Positions 10,174 to 20,308 of a DNA stretch of 64,000 nt are shown one piece after another. The stretch's first letter is position 1. The number at the start of each line of letters is the position of its first letter. Made by a program: the position numbers and the translations under genes. The stretch covers positions 2,208,001 through 2,272,000 of the forward strand of contig CAVWVQ010000003.1 of NCBI GenBank assembly GCA_963758525.1, given 5' to 3'. The notes under the pieces were generated by a model that saw nothing but the letters and a program-made list of their open reading frames with translations, had not been told where the DNA came from and searched no databases. The DNA comes from an uncultured Phycisphaerales bacterium (GTDB lineage Bacteria > Planctomycetota > Phycisphaerae > Tepidisphaerales > Tepidisphaeraceae).

Positions 10174-10264
10174 TTTCAGTCCACCCTTGGCAAGGATTCA
10201 CACGATGGGACTATGAAATGATAGCGGGGCCGCAAAAAAGCGGAAAGCCTCGGGGGGCGCCTAC

Positions 10265-10380
10265 AGAAATGTCCAAGGCCCAATGGCCAACAAAGCACCA
10301 GACCACAATGCCCAGGGCTGGTTATCGCATTGGTCATTGCGGCTTGGGATTTTGTTGGCCATTGGGCATTGGCCATTTCT
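10265..10380. repeat. Imperfect hairpin of the AATGGCCAA/TTGGTCATT family
   Basis: AGAAATGTCCAAGGCCCAATGGCCAACAAA pairs with TTTGTTGGCCATTGGGCATTGGCCATTTCT; right arm 10330-10380 nearly identical to 43125-43174. Confidence 0.85.
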
Positions 10381-10388
10381 GTCGTGTT

Positions 10389-12049
10389 CTACTGCTGGGC
10401 GCTCACGACGGCCGGCGTGGGCGATGATTCCTGGATTTGCGTCGCCAGGTGGGCGCGGGCGCTGAGCGCGTTGGCGGCGGGGATATAGAGGAAGAAGGCA
10501 AGCGTCGCGGCGACGGAGAGAGCAACGCCCCAGGCGGCGGGAGTTGCAAACAGTGCGGTGCCGACGGGATCGGCTTGAGCGGCCTGGCGCTGCGGCTCGG
10601 GCTCGGACGGCCGAAGGAACATCGCGGCGACAATGCGCAGATAGTAGGCCGCGGACACGGCAGCGTTGACCATGAGGATCACCACGAGCCAGCCCATGTG
10701 CGAGGAGATCGCGGGATTGGTGGTCGATTGCGCGATCGCCCATGCGGGCTTCACGAGGAAGTATTTTCCGAGGAATCCGACGGTGAAGGGGATGCCGGTC
10801 AGGCTGAGGCAGCAGACGGCCATCGCCAGGCCCAGACCGAGGTGACGATGCGCCTGGCCGGCGATGTCGTCGTAGGTCTCGGCAGCGCCGCTGGTGGGCG
10901 GAGTTGGAACCGCAGCGTTCGATTGGCGGGAGGGGAGCATCTGCAGCACGCCGAATGCGCCCGCATTCATGATGCCATAGGCCGCGAGATAGAAGAGGAC
11001 GCCGGCGAGAGCGTCGGATTGAATATCCGGGTGGCTGTGCGCGGCCAGCAGCGTCGTGAGGCCGACGAGCATGTAGCCGCTGTGCGCGACGGAGCTGTAC
11101 GCGAGCACGCGTTTGATGTTGAACTGGAGCAGGGCGAGCACATTGCCGAATGACATCGTGAGGATCGCCAGCACCCAGAGCAGCTTGAAGAGCACTTCTG
11201 GCGCAACCCAGGTTCCGCCGGTGATGGCGTAGAGAACCTTGATGATCGCGACCATGCCGCTGGTTTTGGGGACGAACGCGAGAAACGCCGTCACCGGGGT
11301 GGCGGCGCCCTGATAAACGTCGCCGGCGTAGGCGTGCAGCGGAACCGCCGCGATCTTAAACGCGAAACCCGCCAGAAGCAGACAGACGGCCAGGAGCTGC
11401 CAGGAGGTCATGCCGGCGACGCCCTGCGACGCAAAGAGACGCGCGATCGCGTCGAGCTTGGTCAGGCCGGTGGTTCCGTAGAGATAGCTGAACCCAAAGA
11501 GCATGAGGGCGGCGGACATTGCGCCGAGGAAGAAGTACTTCACGCCGGCTTCCTGCGCGACCGGGAGCGGGCGGGAGATCGAAACCATGATGTAGGTCGG
11601 GATGCTGGCCAGCTCAATGCCGAGAAAGAGGAGGATGATGTCATTGGCTCCGGCGACGAGAAACACGCCGGTGATGGAAAGCAGCATCAGGCCGAAGAAT
11701 TCGCCGGCATCGTGCCCGAATTCCAGTGAAGCGTTGCCGGTCGCTTCCTCACCGACAGGCCAGGCGAGGAAAACCAGCAGCACGCCGACGCCGGCGGCGA
11801 TCATTTTGATGTAGAGGGCGAAATGGAAGATATAGACCGTCGGGGAACTGGTGTTGGGAATCGAATCCCACAGGGCGCCGTTCTGGTCGGCCATGACGAT
11901 GCCGAAGAAGACCACGACCAGCGCGCCTGCCGCCAGAATCGGCGCGCGCGGCGGGAATTGGCGCTGCGGGACAATCCGAGCAAAAACAGGGCGCTGGCGG
12001 TCAACGCCAGGAGCAGCTCAGGCCAGAGGACGGGGAACAGAGAAATCAT
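10389..12049 (-). CDS. nuoN: NADH-quinone oxidoreductase subunit N, apparent frameshift near 11945
   Basis: WPELLL N-terminus; ELASIPTY, EAGVKYFFLG, FKIAAVPLH, KRVLAYSSVAHSGY. Confidence 0.95.
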
Positions 12050-13665
12050 AGTTGCTCTTGATGGCTCGACTGTTGTTGGCTGGGTTTCTGCGCGGTCAAC
12101 GCCTGCGGGCCCGTGAGAACCGGCACGGACGCGATGCCGATCGACCTCTGGCTATGCACATTCATGATGCGTTCCAACGGATTGCGGATCGGGCCCACAA
12201 TGAGATTTGGGCAGACGCCCAGCACGACGACCGCGATCGCCAGCGGAATGAGGATTCCGATTTCGCGAGGGTTCAGATCGCCGCTGACATGATCCGCCTT
12301 GGCATGCGCGGGATGGGCGGCGTCGTGTCCGTCTCCGGGAAACTTCAACGGCCCGAAGATCACGCGGGCGGCCATGTGCAGCATGTAGACCGCGCCGAGA
12401 ATCACGCCCAGTGCGGCGAAGACTCCGTAGCCGATTCCCAGATGCTGAGAGGTAAAGGCGCCCAGGATCGTCAGAAATTCGCTCCAAAACCCGTTCAGCC
12501 CGGGAAGCCCGATGCTGGCGAGCGTGAAGAAGATAAAGAAGAAGGCGAAGATCGGCATTTTCTTGCCGAGCCCTGAGAGCTGGTTGATGTCGCGCGTGTG
12601 AAACCGCTCGTAGACCATGCCGATCACCAGGAACATCGCCCCGGTCGAGAGGCCGTGATTGATCATGTAGAGAACCGAGCCCTGCATGCCGATGTCGTTG
12701 AGCGCCAGCAGGCCGAGAATGCAAAAACCAAGGTGAGAAACGGAGCTGTAGGCGACCAGCTTCTTGATGTCCTGCTGCACCCAGGCGACCAGGGCGCCAT
12801 AGATAACGCCGATCACGCACAGTGCGCCCAGAAAGTGAATCAGTGCGGGGAAGACAGCCGCGCCATCGGAGGCGACGAGCCCGATCGGCAGCGCCAGGCG
12901 AAGCAGCCCGTAGGTGCCGAGCTTCAACAAAACTCCGGCCAAAATCACAGAGCCGGCCGTCGGCGCTTCGGTGTGCGCCAGCGGAAGCCAGGTATGGACG
13001 GGGAAGAGCGGGATCTTCACCGCGAACCCGGCGAGCAGCCCGAGAACGAGCCACCAGCGGGCGTGCGGGCCAATTTGCGTCTGAGCGACATGAACGATGG
13101 TATCGATATCGAAGCTTCCGGCCTTGGTGCCGAGGTAGATTGTCGCGGCAAGCGTGAAGACGCCGCCGGCGAAGGTGAAGAGGAAGAATTTTCCCGCCGC
13201 GTGGCGGCGCTCCGGGCCGCCCCAGATTCCGATGATAAAGAACATCGGCACCAGCGTCAGCTCAAAGAAGACGTAGAAGAGAAGCAGGTCGCGGGCGATG
13301 AAGACGCCGAGCATGACCACCAGCAGGGCGAGCATCCATGCGTAATATTCGCGCGTGCGATCGGTGATCGAAGTAAAGCTGGCGGCGATCGCCAGAGGGG
13401 TCAGAAAGGTTGTCAGGAGCATCAGGCAGACGCTGATGGCATCGACGCCGAGGTGGAAGCTGGCGCCGGTGCCGGCGATTTGATCGCTCGTGAATTCGGG
13501 GGCGGGGCCGTCACAGAACTGCAGCGCGACCACGCAGGAAACCAGGAAAGTGGCGACGGAGACGAACAGCGCCCACTTGCGCGCCACTTCGGGCTGGAGA
13601 ACCATCGTCACCACTGATCCGATCAGCGGCACCGCCAGAAGCATGATGAGCCAGAGATTGGACAT
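12046..13665 (-). CDS. nuoM: NADH-quinone oxidoreductase subunit M
   Basis: FFELTLVPMFFII, KIPLFPVHTWLPLAHTEAPTAGS, KKLVAYSSVSH. Confidence 0.96.
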   Translation of the reverse strand: MSNLWLIMLLAVPLIGSVVTMVLQPEVARKWALFVSVATFLVSCVVALQFCDGPAPEFTSDQIAGTGASFHLGVDAISVCLMLLTTFLTPLAIAASFTSITDRTREYYAWMLALLVVMLGVFIARDLLLFYVFFELTLVPMFFIIGIWGGPERRHAAGKFFLFTFAGGVFTLAATIYLGTKAGSFDIDTIVHVAQTQIGPHARWWLVLGLLAGFAVKIPLFPVHTWLPLAHTEAPTAGSVILAGVLLKLGTYGLLRLALPIGLVASDGAAVFPALIHFLGALCVIGVIYGALVAWVQQDIKKLVAYSSVSHLGFCILGLLALNDIGMQGSVLYMINHGLSTGAMFLVIGMVYERFHTRDINQLSGLGKKMPIFAFFFIFFTLASIGLPGLNGFWSEFLTILGAFTSQHLGIGYGVFAALGVILGAVYMLHMAARVIFGPLKFPGDGHDAAHPAHAKADHVSGDLNPREIGILIPLAIAVVVLGVCPNLIVGPIRNPLERIMNVHSQRSIGIASVPVLTGPQALTAQKPSQQQSSHQEQL

Positions 13666-13675
13666 GATTCGGGGG

Positions 13676-15880
13676 TTACCTCATGAAGATCAGAATGAGA
13701 ATGACGGCGACGCCCAGAAGCATTGCGGCGGCGTATCCCTGCAGATAGCCGCGCTGCACTGTCTGGCTGAGAAGAAAGCCGAAGACCTGCGGCACATATC
13801 CCACGATGCGGACGATGCCGTCGACCACGGTGCGATCGATCACGAAGAGAATTCGTCCCAGAAGCCGCAACGGCTCAACGATCATCGACTGATAGATTTC
13901 GTCAACGAAGAACTTGTTCTCAATCAGGCCGGTGAGCGGTTGCAAGCCCGCGGCGATGCGTTCGGCCGCGAGGCGATCCCGCAGATGAAGCATGTATGCC
14001 AGGGCGATTCCCACGAGCGAAATGATTCCGCTGAGGATCATGAGGCCGTGGTTTGAAGCGTGTTCCAAGCCTTCCGTTTCCACATGACCAAAATTGGCGG
14101 CTGGCATCGTCGTCAGCTTCCAGGCGAGATCGAACGAGGGGCTGCGGCCCAGGAAATTGCCCAGGGCGTCATGCATGTTGAAGAAGCCGCCCAAGGCCGC
14201 GCCCAGGGCGAGAATGATCAAGGGAAGAATCATGACCCAGGGCTCGTGGTTGTGATGATGATCATCGTGACCATGAGCCGGCGCGTGGGTGGTCTGGCCG
14301 GCGTCGACGCCGGAGGCTGGAGCAGTGCCGGTTGCGATTGCGGAATGGCTGGCCGCGCCGTGCTCGTGGGATTCATGGCCATGCCCGTGGGCGGGAGCGG
14401 GAGCGGCAGGAACGATCAGCGGCCCCTGAAACACGCGGAAGTAGAGACGGAACGTGTAGTACGCGGTGAGAAATGCCGTGAACAACAGCAGGCCGCCCAG
14501 AATCGGACTGCGGGCGAAGGCCGCGGCGACGATTTCATCCTTGGAGAAGAAGCCGCTCGTGAACGGGAAGCCGGCCAAAGCCGCGCAACCGATGAGGATG
14601 ACAATGTTGGTGATCGGCAGCACTTTCCTGACGCCGCTCATTTTCCGCATGTCCAGTTCGCCGGCCATCGCGTGCATGACAACGCCGGAGGAAAGGAACA
14701 GGAGGGCTTTGAAAAAGGCGTGCGTCACCAGATGAAACACGCCGGCCACCGGGGCGAGGCATCCGACCGCGACAAACATGAATCCGAGCTGGCTGATCGT
14801 GGAATAGGCGAAAACTTTCTTCAAATCGAATTGCCGCAGGGCAATCGTCGCGGCGAGCAGCGCGGTAAAGCATCCGATGACCGCGATGGTCGTCATTGCC
14901 GCGGAATTGGTGACGAAGAGCGTTCCGCAGCGTGCGATCATGTAGACGCCGGCGGTCACCATCGTGGCGGCATGGATCAATGCGCTGACGGGCGTGGGGC
15001 CTTCCATCGCGTCGGGAAGCCAGACGTAGAGGGGAAACTGTGCCGACTTGCCAAACGCGCCGACCATCAGCAGGAACGGGATCCAGTGCATCGCGAGGGT
15101 TTGAAATCCGGTGGTGGCTTTGCTGCCGATGGCAAGTTCGAGCAGGCCGGTATGGGTTCCAACGCCCTGGCCGAAATAGCTGACCGTGCCGAAGGCCAGG
15201 AAGCTGAGCATGATGCCCAGGCCGAATCCGAAGTCGCCGATCCTGTTGACGAGAAAGGCTTTTTTCGCGGCCTCGCGCGCGGCAGGCTTTTCGTAGTAGT
15301 AGCCGATCAGCAGATACGAGCAGAGACCGACGCCTTCCCATCCGAGATAGAGCATGATGAGGTTGTCGCCCATCACCAGGATCGTCATCGCGAATATGAA
15401 CAAACCGAGGTAGGCGAAGAATCGCCAATACCCGCTCTCGCCGGTCATGTACCCCTTGGCGAAGACCGTAATGAGAAAGCCGATGCAGGTGATCACGCAG
15501 AGCATGATCGCGGTGAGCGGATCGATGAAGCAGCCGGCTGCAACATGCAGGCTCGCGGTCGGATTGCCGATCACCACCTGCGGATGAGTGCGCGTTCCCT
15601 CGTTGTTCGCATCGCCGGCCTGGATCCACGTGAACCATTCAACGCTCGTTGCCAGCGGATAAGCAGAGGACCGACTGTCGGCGATGGTCGAATCAGCCCG
15701 CATGGTCATGCCGCAGAGCAGCGACAGCGACAACAGTGCGCTCAAGCCGACGCCGATCCAGATGGGCCAGTGTGAATCTTCTTTGAGCTGATGTGCGCCA
15801 AACAGCCCGGCGACGCATGCGCCGATCAGCGGCAGCAGCGGAATCAGCCAGGCATGTTGGACGGGAAAAAGATGGTCCAT
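13676..15880 (-). CDS. nuoL: NADH-quinone oxidoreductase subunit L
   Basis: GWEGVGLCSYLLIG, KAFLVNRIGD, GKSAQFPLYVWLPDAMEGPTPVSALIHAATMV; His-rich loop. Confidence 0.96.
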   Translation of the reverse strand: MDHLFPVQHAWLIPLLPLIGACVAGLFGAHQLKEDSHWPIWIGVGLSALLSLSLLCGMTMRADSTIADSRSSAYPLATSVEWFTWIQAGDANNEGTRTHPQVVIGNPTASLHVAAGCFIDPLTAIMLCVITCIGFLITVFAKGYMTGESGYWRFFAYLGLFIFAMTILVMGDNLIMLYLGWEGVGLCSYLLIGYYYEKPAAREAAKKAFLVNRIGDFGFGLGIMLSFLAFGTVSYFGQGVGTHTGLLELAIGSKATTGFQTLAMHWIPFLLMVGAFGKSAQFPLYVWLPDAMEGPTPVSALIHAATMVTAGVYMIARCGTLFVTNSAAMTTIAVIGCFTALLAATIALRQFDLKKVFAYSTISQLGFMFVAVGCLAPVAGVFHLVTHAFFKALLFLSSGVVMHAMAGELDMRKMSGVRKVLPITNIVILIGCAALAGFPFTSGFFSKDEIVAAAFARSPILGGLLLFTAFLTAYYTFRLYFRVFQGPLIVPAAPAPAHGHGHESHEHGAASHSAIATGTAPASGVDAGQTTHAPAHGHDDHHHNHEPWVMILPLIILALGAALGGFFNMHDALGNFLGRSPSFDLAWKLTTMPAANFGHVETEGLEHASNHGLMILSGIISLVGIALAYMLHLRDRLAAERIAAGLQPLTGLIENKFFVDEIYQSMIVEPLRLLGRILFVIDRTVVDGIVRIVGYVPQVFGFLLSQTVQRGYLQGYAAAMLLGVAVILILIFMR

Positions 15881-15881
15881 T

Positions 15882-16190
15882 CTACCCTTTCAAATCCCGC
15901 CAGGCGTCGGCGTCGAGCGTGTTGCGTTGACGGAACAGCAGAATGACCAGTCCGAGCGCCAACGATGCCTCAGAGGCTGCGATCACCAATACAAAGATGA
16001 CAAATGCCTGTCCGGCCAGATTCCCGTGATAATGCCCGAAAGCAATCAGATTGATGGCAACGCCTTGAAACATGAGTTCCGTGCAGAGGAACATGACGAT
16101 GAGGTTTCGCCGGGTCATGAAGCCGATCAGCCCGATCGCAAACATGATCGCGCCGACGGCCAGAAAATGTTCGAGTGTGAGAGGAGTCAT
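15882..16190 (-). CDS. nuoK: NADH-quinone oxidoreductase subunit K
   Basis: RRNLIVMFLCTELM, VIAASEASLAL. Confidence 0.95.
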   Translation of the reverse strand: MTPLTLEHFLAVGAIMFAIGLIGFMTRRNLIVMFLCTELMFQGVAINLIAFGHYHGNLAGQAFVIFVLVIAASEASLALGLVILLFRQRNTLDADAWRDLKG

Positions 16191-16240
16191 TGGCGAAATC
16201 CGCCGGTGCTTTGCCAAACGAAGCGTTTGGAACCGCGGTC

Positions 16241-17212
16241 TTAGGTTTCGGGATATTCCTTTTGTCTGGGATTCATCGTTCCATAAACAGGAATGCTGTG
16301 CGGATCGTCATTGATCGGCGTGGCACTGGCCGTCACCATTTCCGGCTCGGTCGCGGGCAGCGGCTCAGCAAGATAAATCCGTCGGCGTGCGATCAAAATC
16401 GCCCCGACCATACTGACGGTGAGGATCATTCCCGCCAGTTCAAGATTTACCAGTTGATCGCGGAACAAATAAACCCCCAGCTCTTGTGTGTTGCCCGCGT
16501 TCAGAATCCCGCCGATGTCCTTCGCGCTGGCAGGTTCGCCCGCAGCGACATGACCCGCCCGGTCGAGGGGCGGAATCAGCCCGTTTGCCCGATCGAATAT
16601 CACGAACAGCAACATGCCCATGATTGCAAAGCCAACCGCACAAGCCACGAGCGGCTCACGACTTACGGCATCGTACTCGGTCATGCGGGCGGCGGCGGAC
16701 TCGCCGGGGGCACTGGCCTGCGAGGCGAGCATAATGACAAAGACGTACGTCACCAGAATCGCCCCGGCGTAGATCAATACTAATGCCGCTGCCATGAATT
16801 CGGCCCACAGCAGGATGAACAGTCCGGAGGTCGCGAAAACCGTCAATACAAAGTAGAGGGCCGAGTAGACCGGCCGGGGATGAGTGACGACGCGGGCGGC
16901 GCCGAAAAGTGCAATGATCGAGAAAATCCAGAAGTACAGGTTCATGTACTGGCCGTCGGCGGCGCCGACGCGGACGAGCAGCACGGCGAAAATCAAACCG
17001 CAGGTCAGCAGCGCGGCTCCGCCTAACCGGCGAAGCGAAACGTCACGACCCGGCAACAACAAAACCGTCGCGATGCCCGCGATGACGCACAGAGCAAGAA
17101 TAATTCCCGGAGAGACGGGGAGATCCGTGCCGACGACCGCGAGTGGCGCGACCGACGATCCAGTCGGGGACGGCAAGGCGAGGCCGGCGGCGAGTGAGAT
17201 CGAACCGAGCAT
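16241..17212 (-). CDS. nuoJ: NADH-quinone oxidoreductase subunit J with N-terminal hydrophobic extension
   Basis: PVYSALYF, AEFMAAALVLIYAGAILVTYVFVIML, GNTQELG..LF, ELAGMILTVSMVGAI; start uncertain. Confidence 0.9.
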   Translation of the reverse strand: MLGSISLAAGLALPSPTGSSVAPLAVVGTDLPVSPGIILALCVIAGIATVLLLPGRDVSLRRLGGAALLTCGLIFAVLLVRVGAADGQYMNLYFWIFSIIALFGAARVVTHPRPVYSALYFVLTVFATSGLFILLWAEFMAAALVLIYAGAILVTYVFVIMLASQASAPGESAAARMTEYDAVSREPLVACAVGFAIMGMLLFVIFDRANGLIPPLDRAGHVAAGEPASAKDIGGILNAGNTQELGVYLFRDQLVNLELAGMILTVSMVGAILIARRRIYLAEPLPATEPEMVTASATPINDDPHSIPVYGTMNPRQKEYPET

Positions 17213-17298
17213 GATTTTCACAGCGGACCGGGCGGCTGGAGTCGAAAGAGCACCGACCCACCCGGGCCGAGAGCTGCATCCGCCGATGAACGCGGCAG

Positions 17299-17327
17299 AG
17301 TCTAAAAGCGTCTGGTGGGGTTTGCAA
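17299..17327 (-). promoter_or_regulatory. Sigma70-like promoter for nuoJKLMN
   Basis: TTGCAA-N17-TAGACT on the minus strand, about 85 nt upstream of the nuoJ ATG. Confidence 0.5.
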
Positions 17328-17427
17328 GAAGCGAGGGGTGTTTTCAATCAGCAGCGAAATCACAAGCCCGTCTTAAACTGCTGACACGAGGCAGCGACAG
17401 ACGGCGCAATTCGATATGACGCGGCGG

Positions 17428-18498
17428 CTACGCTGGGATGACTGGGTTCTCCACGGCGCGCTTCGCCCTGATCGCGGGCGCGATCTGCATCGCTGGCGGC
17501 GGAATCTCCACGTCCAGGGCCGTGCTCACCAATACGCGGTTTGCCGGACGGAGAACATACTTCTTGAGCAGCTTGACCGGCCGATAGCTCCTCTTCGTCC
17601 AGGCGAGCGTCGGCAGGCCCCAATCGTCGCCCACATTCACCAGGGGTCGGCTGCTCCAGCAATCGCGGCAAAACTCGCTGAAAATAAACTGGGCGAGCCC
17701 CTTGGTCTGCAGATCGGTTTTCTCGATCGTGATGCTGCTCTGATGGGCGCCCAGCGGTTCGCCGAAGGTGAAGCCGCGCAGGGACCAGGGGTTGTCCGAG
17801 CCGGGCTCGCGGACGTAGATGACCAGGCCGGCGAGGCCCAGTTGCTCCGCATGACGCAAGCAGAGGCTCGTTGCGATCGATTCCTTGTCGCGCTTCACCG
17901 AGGCAATGCCGGGGTCCTCCAGATGCTGCGCGTCCTGGTGAATCTTCCAGTCATCCAGCAGTGCGTCACAACCGATCAGGTGATCTGCCGCGCGGTAGGG
18001 CTCGACGCGATGATCGTAGAGGCGCAGAAAGCGATTCTTCGCCTGTCGCTTGCTCGCAAGGTCGCTGCCGGCCAGGTCGATCATGCGGTCAACGTCGTAG
18101 ACATAATCCGCGCCCATCGGCTCGACGACCAGCTTGCGTTGATCGAAGCGGGCCAGCAGTTCTTCACTGGCGTATTCGACGCGCGTGCGATGCGGCACGC
18201 CGCGGGCGACGTTGTACTGATCCATCAGTTGCACGGCCTGCCCGAGCGCGGCATCTCCGCCGGTGTCACCGATGGGAGGCATCAGGAGCGTGAGATCGCC
18301 GCAGCCGTTGGCAAAGACGCACAGATGCCCGTCCATCTGCTTCCAGAGGATGCGCAGCGAATTGCGCCAGGTGAAGAGTTGCGAGAATGTGTAGTCCGAG
18401 AGGGGCTGGGAGAGAGAGGCGAAGAACGGATCAAGCACAGCCCGATCGGCCAGTTCCACCGGCCGCAGGCCCCAACCCGAATAAGGGTCATCGTCCAT
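17428..18498 (-). CDS. DUF2156 / phosphatidylglycerol lysyltransferase C-terminal-like domain protein (soluble)
   Basis: SDYTFSQLFTW, DYVYDVDRMIDLAGSDLASKR...NRF, GFTFGE, IEKTD...GLAQFI, VNVGDDWGLPTLAWTKRSYRP. Confidence 0.85.
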   Translation of the reverse strand: MDDDPYSGWGLRPVELADRAVLDPFFASLSQPLSDYTFSQLFTWRNSLRILWKQMDGHLCVFANGCGDLTLLMPPIGDTGGDAALGQAVQLMDQYNVARGVPHRTRVEYASEELLARFDQRKLVVEPMGADYVYDVDRMIDLAGSDLASKRQAKNRFLRLYDHRVEPYRAADHLIGCDALLDDWKIHQDAQHLEDPGIASVKRDKESIATSLCLRHAEQLGLAGLVIYVREPGSDNPWSLRGFTFGEPLGAHQSSITIEKTDLQTKGLAQFIFSEFCRDCWSSRPLVNVGDDWGLPTLAWTKRSYRPVKLLKKYVLRPANRVLVSTALDVEIPPPAMQIAPAIRAKRAVENPVIPA

Positions 18499-20308
18499 AA
18501 AATTGACGGATTCCTCCAGATGAACCGTGCTGCATGGCGGCAGTTGCCATTGGTGAGCCGCCGCCTGCAAGTCGCATTTCCGCTTCCATGGGGTTAGTTA
18601 TCGGGTAGGTCGTGTTCGCATCGTGAGCAGGAGTGTCCAAGTCCCTGCGGACAAACAAGATCGCGTCCCCCGAATGGCAACTTTCCCGCCAGTCCTTCGA
18701 CATCTTCACGCGCGGCAGCAGAGCGGAGTGGTAGGTCATGTCCAGGAGAAGGTAATGAACGTTATAGCGATCCAGCACCTGCCGCCATCGGGGATCTCCC
18801 GATGTTATCTCGCAGTAGTCGCGCCACGCCTGTTCGGAAGCGAGTTCGATATGGCCGTCGATGAAAAGACGCCGCCGAGGTCCGATGCGCCAGTCGAGAT
18901 ACTGGCACCACTCCATTCGAGAAAAGATGACGCCGCTGCTGTTCGGCCTCGAAGCAAGCCCGGCGCGCGCTATCGTCTCTAAATCAGTTTCCGTACGATG
19001 CGGTGAGCGAACCGTCATAAACAGGGGATTGATCCGCTCGAAGCACGGAAGACTCCAGACGCAGAGGATCAGCAGCACCGCGCAAGTCGAGCTGCTCATC
19101 CAACCGCCCACAGCTGATAGTCCTTGCTCAAAGTCGGGTTCAACTGAATCGATCAGCGATGCGACGATCGGGGCGGCGATGATCCCCCACCAGATCACCA
19201 TGCGGGCAGAATGAAAGGCCAGCGGGAGAAAGACGAGGATCAGCAGCGCGTCGCGGGTTGTCGGTCGGCGACGCTTGGAACAATAGAGCCCGCCGACGAG
19301 CAATGCCGACAGTGCGAGCGCTTGCCCGATCCACTGATCCATGCGCGGCGGCATCCATTCCTCAACGTGACGCGGCATCACAATCGCGGTCAGCGAAAAC
19401 GCATATTGATAGACTCGCCAGCCGTAGGGATTGATGAGCGTTGCGAGAGTGCTGAGCACGAGACTGACAACGAGCAATTGCGCAGCGTTCGCGACGGCAC
19501 GACCTCTGAAGACGTCAACCAACGCGGCAACCGCGAACACGCCAATCAGCGCCAGCCCGATGACGAATCCGCCGTGGAGATTCGCCCAGAGCAGTAGAAT
19601 GAGAGGTGGGTAGATCAGCAGCGGTGTGTGGATCGCGTTGATGATCGCTTGGCGAGACGGGTTGAGGACGCCGGGTGACTTACCCCCTCTCCCGGTACTC
19701 CGGGAGAGGGCGGGGGTGAGGGTGATTTGGATCGTCGTGCGCACTTGGTGCTCGAAATCACCCTCACCCCGGCCCTCTCCCGGTGTACGGGGTGAGGGGG
19801 TAAGAGAGTGGTGCTTCAAATCAGTCGTGCGTTCGTTTCTGAGAATGCCGTAGAGAAGCACAAAGAGAAGCATGGAAAACGTCTGCGGGCGAATCAGGAA
19901 CGTTTGCCAGGCGACGAGAAACGTAAAGACTCCGCCAGCAGCGGCGCTGCGCCATGACGTTCCGCCGCGATAACAAAGCCTGACCAGCAGCCACAACGCG
20001 GCTGCCAGCGCCAGAGCGTTTAATGTCTGCACAAGCGATAGGCCGCCCCAGGCGAAGAGGCGAGAATAAACGACTTGGCTGATCCAATTCGCGTCGAGGA
20101 CGTTTGCGCCGGCGATGGTGAAATGGTCGGCGGTGATGATGCGGCCGGTGCGAATGATCTCTTCGCCGCGGGCGAGATGCATCCAGAAGTCGGTTTGGAA
20201 CTGCCGGTCCAGGCAGGCAACGATGAACACCAGCGCCGGCGCGAGGAGTTGCCGGACGGTCTGCTGCGTGGGGAGCCAGCACCGAAGTTGATCGTGAGGC
20301 TGATTCAT
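18488..20308 (-). CDS. Polytopic membrane protein, probable GT-C-type glycosyltransferase, with in-frame palindrome insert
   Basis: TDFWMHLARGEEI, RPQTFS, LWANLHGGF, LINPYG, EEWMPP, FIDG; ATGA overlap with upstream gene at 20305-20308. Confidence 0.7.
   Translation of the reverse strand: MNQPHDQLRCWLPTQQTVRQLLAPALVFIVACLDRQFQTDFWMHLARGEEIIRTGRIITADHFTIAGANVLDANWISQVVYSRLFAWGGLSLVQTLNALALAAALWLLVRLCYRGGTSWRSAAAGGVFTFLVAWQTFLIRPQTFSMLLFVLLYGILRNERTTDLKHHSLTPSPRTPGEGRGEGDFEHQVRTTIQITLTPALSRSTGRGGKSPGVLNPSRQAIINAIHTPLLIYPPLILLLWANLHGGFVIGLALIGVFAVAALVDVFRGRAVANAAQLLVVSLVLSTLATLINPYGWRVYQYAFSLTAIVMPRHVEEWMPPRMDQWIGQALALSALLVGGLYCSKRRRPTTRDALLILVFLPLAFHSARMVIWWGIIAAPIVASLIDSVEPDFEQGLSAVGGWMSSSTCAVLLILCVWSLPCFERINPLFMTVRSPHRTETDLETIARAGLASRPNSSGVIFSRMEWCQYLDWRIGPRRRLFIDGHIELASEQAWRDYCEITSGDPRWRQVLDRYNVHYLLLDMTYHSALLPRVKMSKDWRESCHSGDAILFVRRDLDTPAHDANTTYPITNPMEAEMRLAGGGSPMATAAMQHGSSGGIRQFYGR
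19679..19804. repeat. CCCTCACCCCGGCCCTCTCCC-type palindromic element inside a CDS
   Basis: About 50-nt arms 19679-19728 and 19756-19804; 126 nt = 42 codons; reads LTPSPRTPGEGRGEG...ITLTPALSRSTGRGGK. Confidence 0.9.

Noticed and set aside
14240..14400. His-rich NuoL loop as a novel metal-binding feature
   Set aside because: His-rich loops at this position are common in bacterial NuoL
17213..17347. Longer nuoJ start at 17347
   Set aside because: The extension overlaps a promoter-like site and is not protein-like
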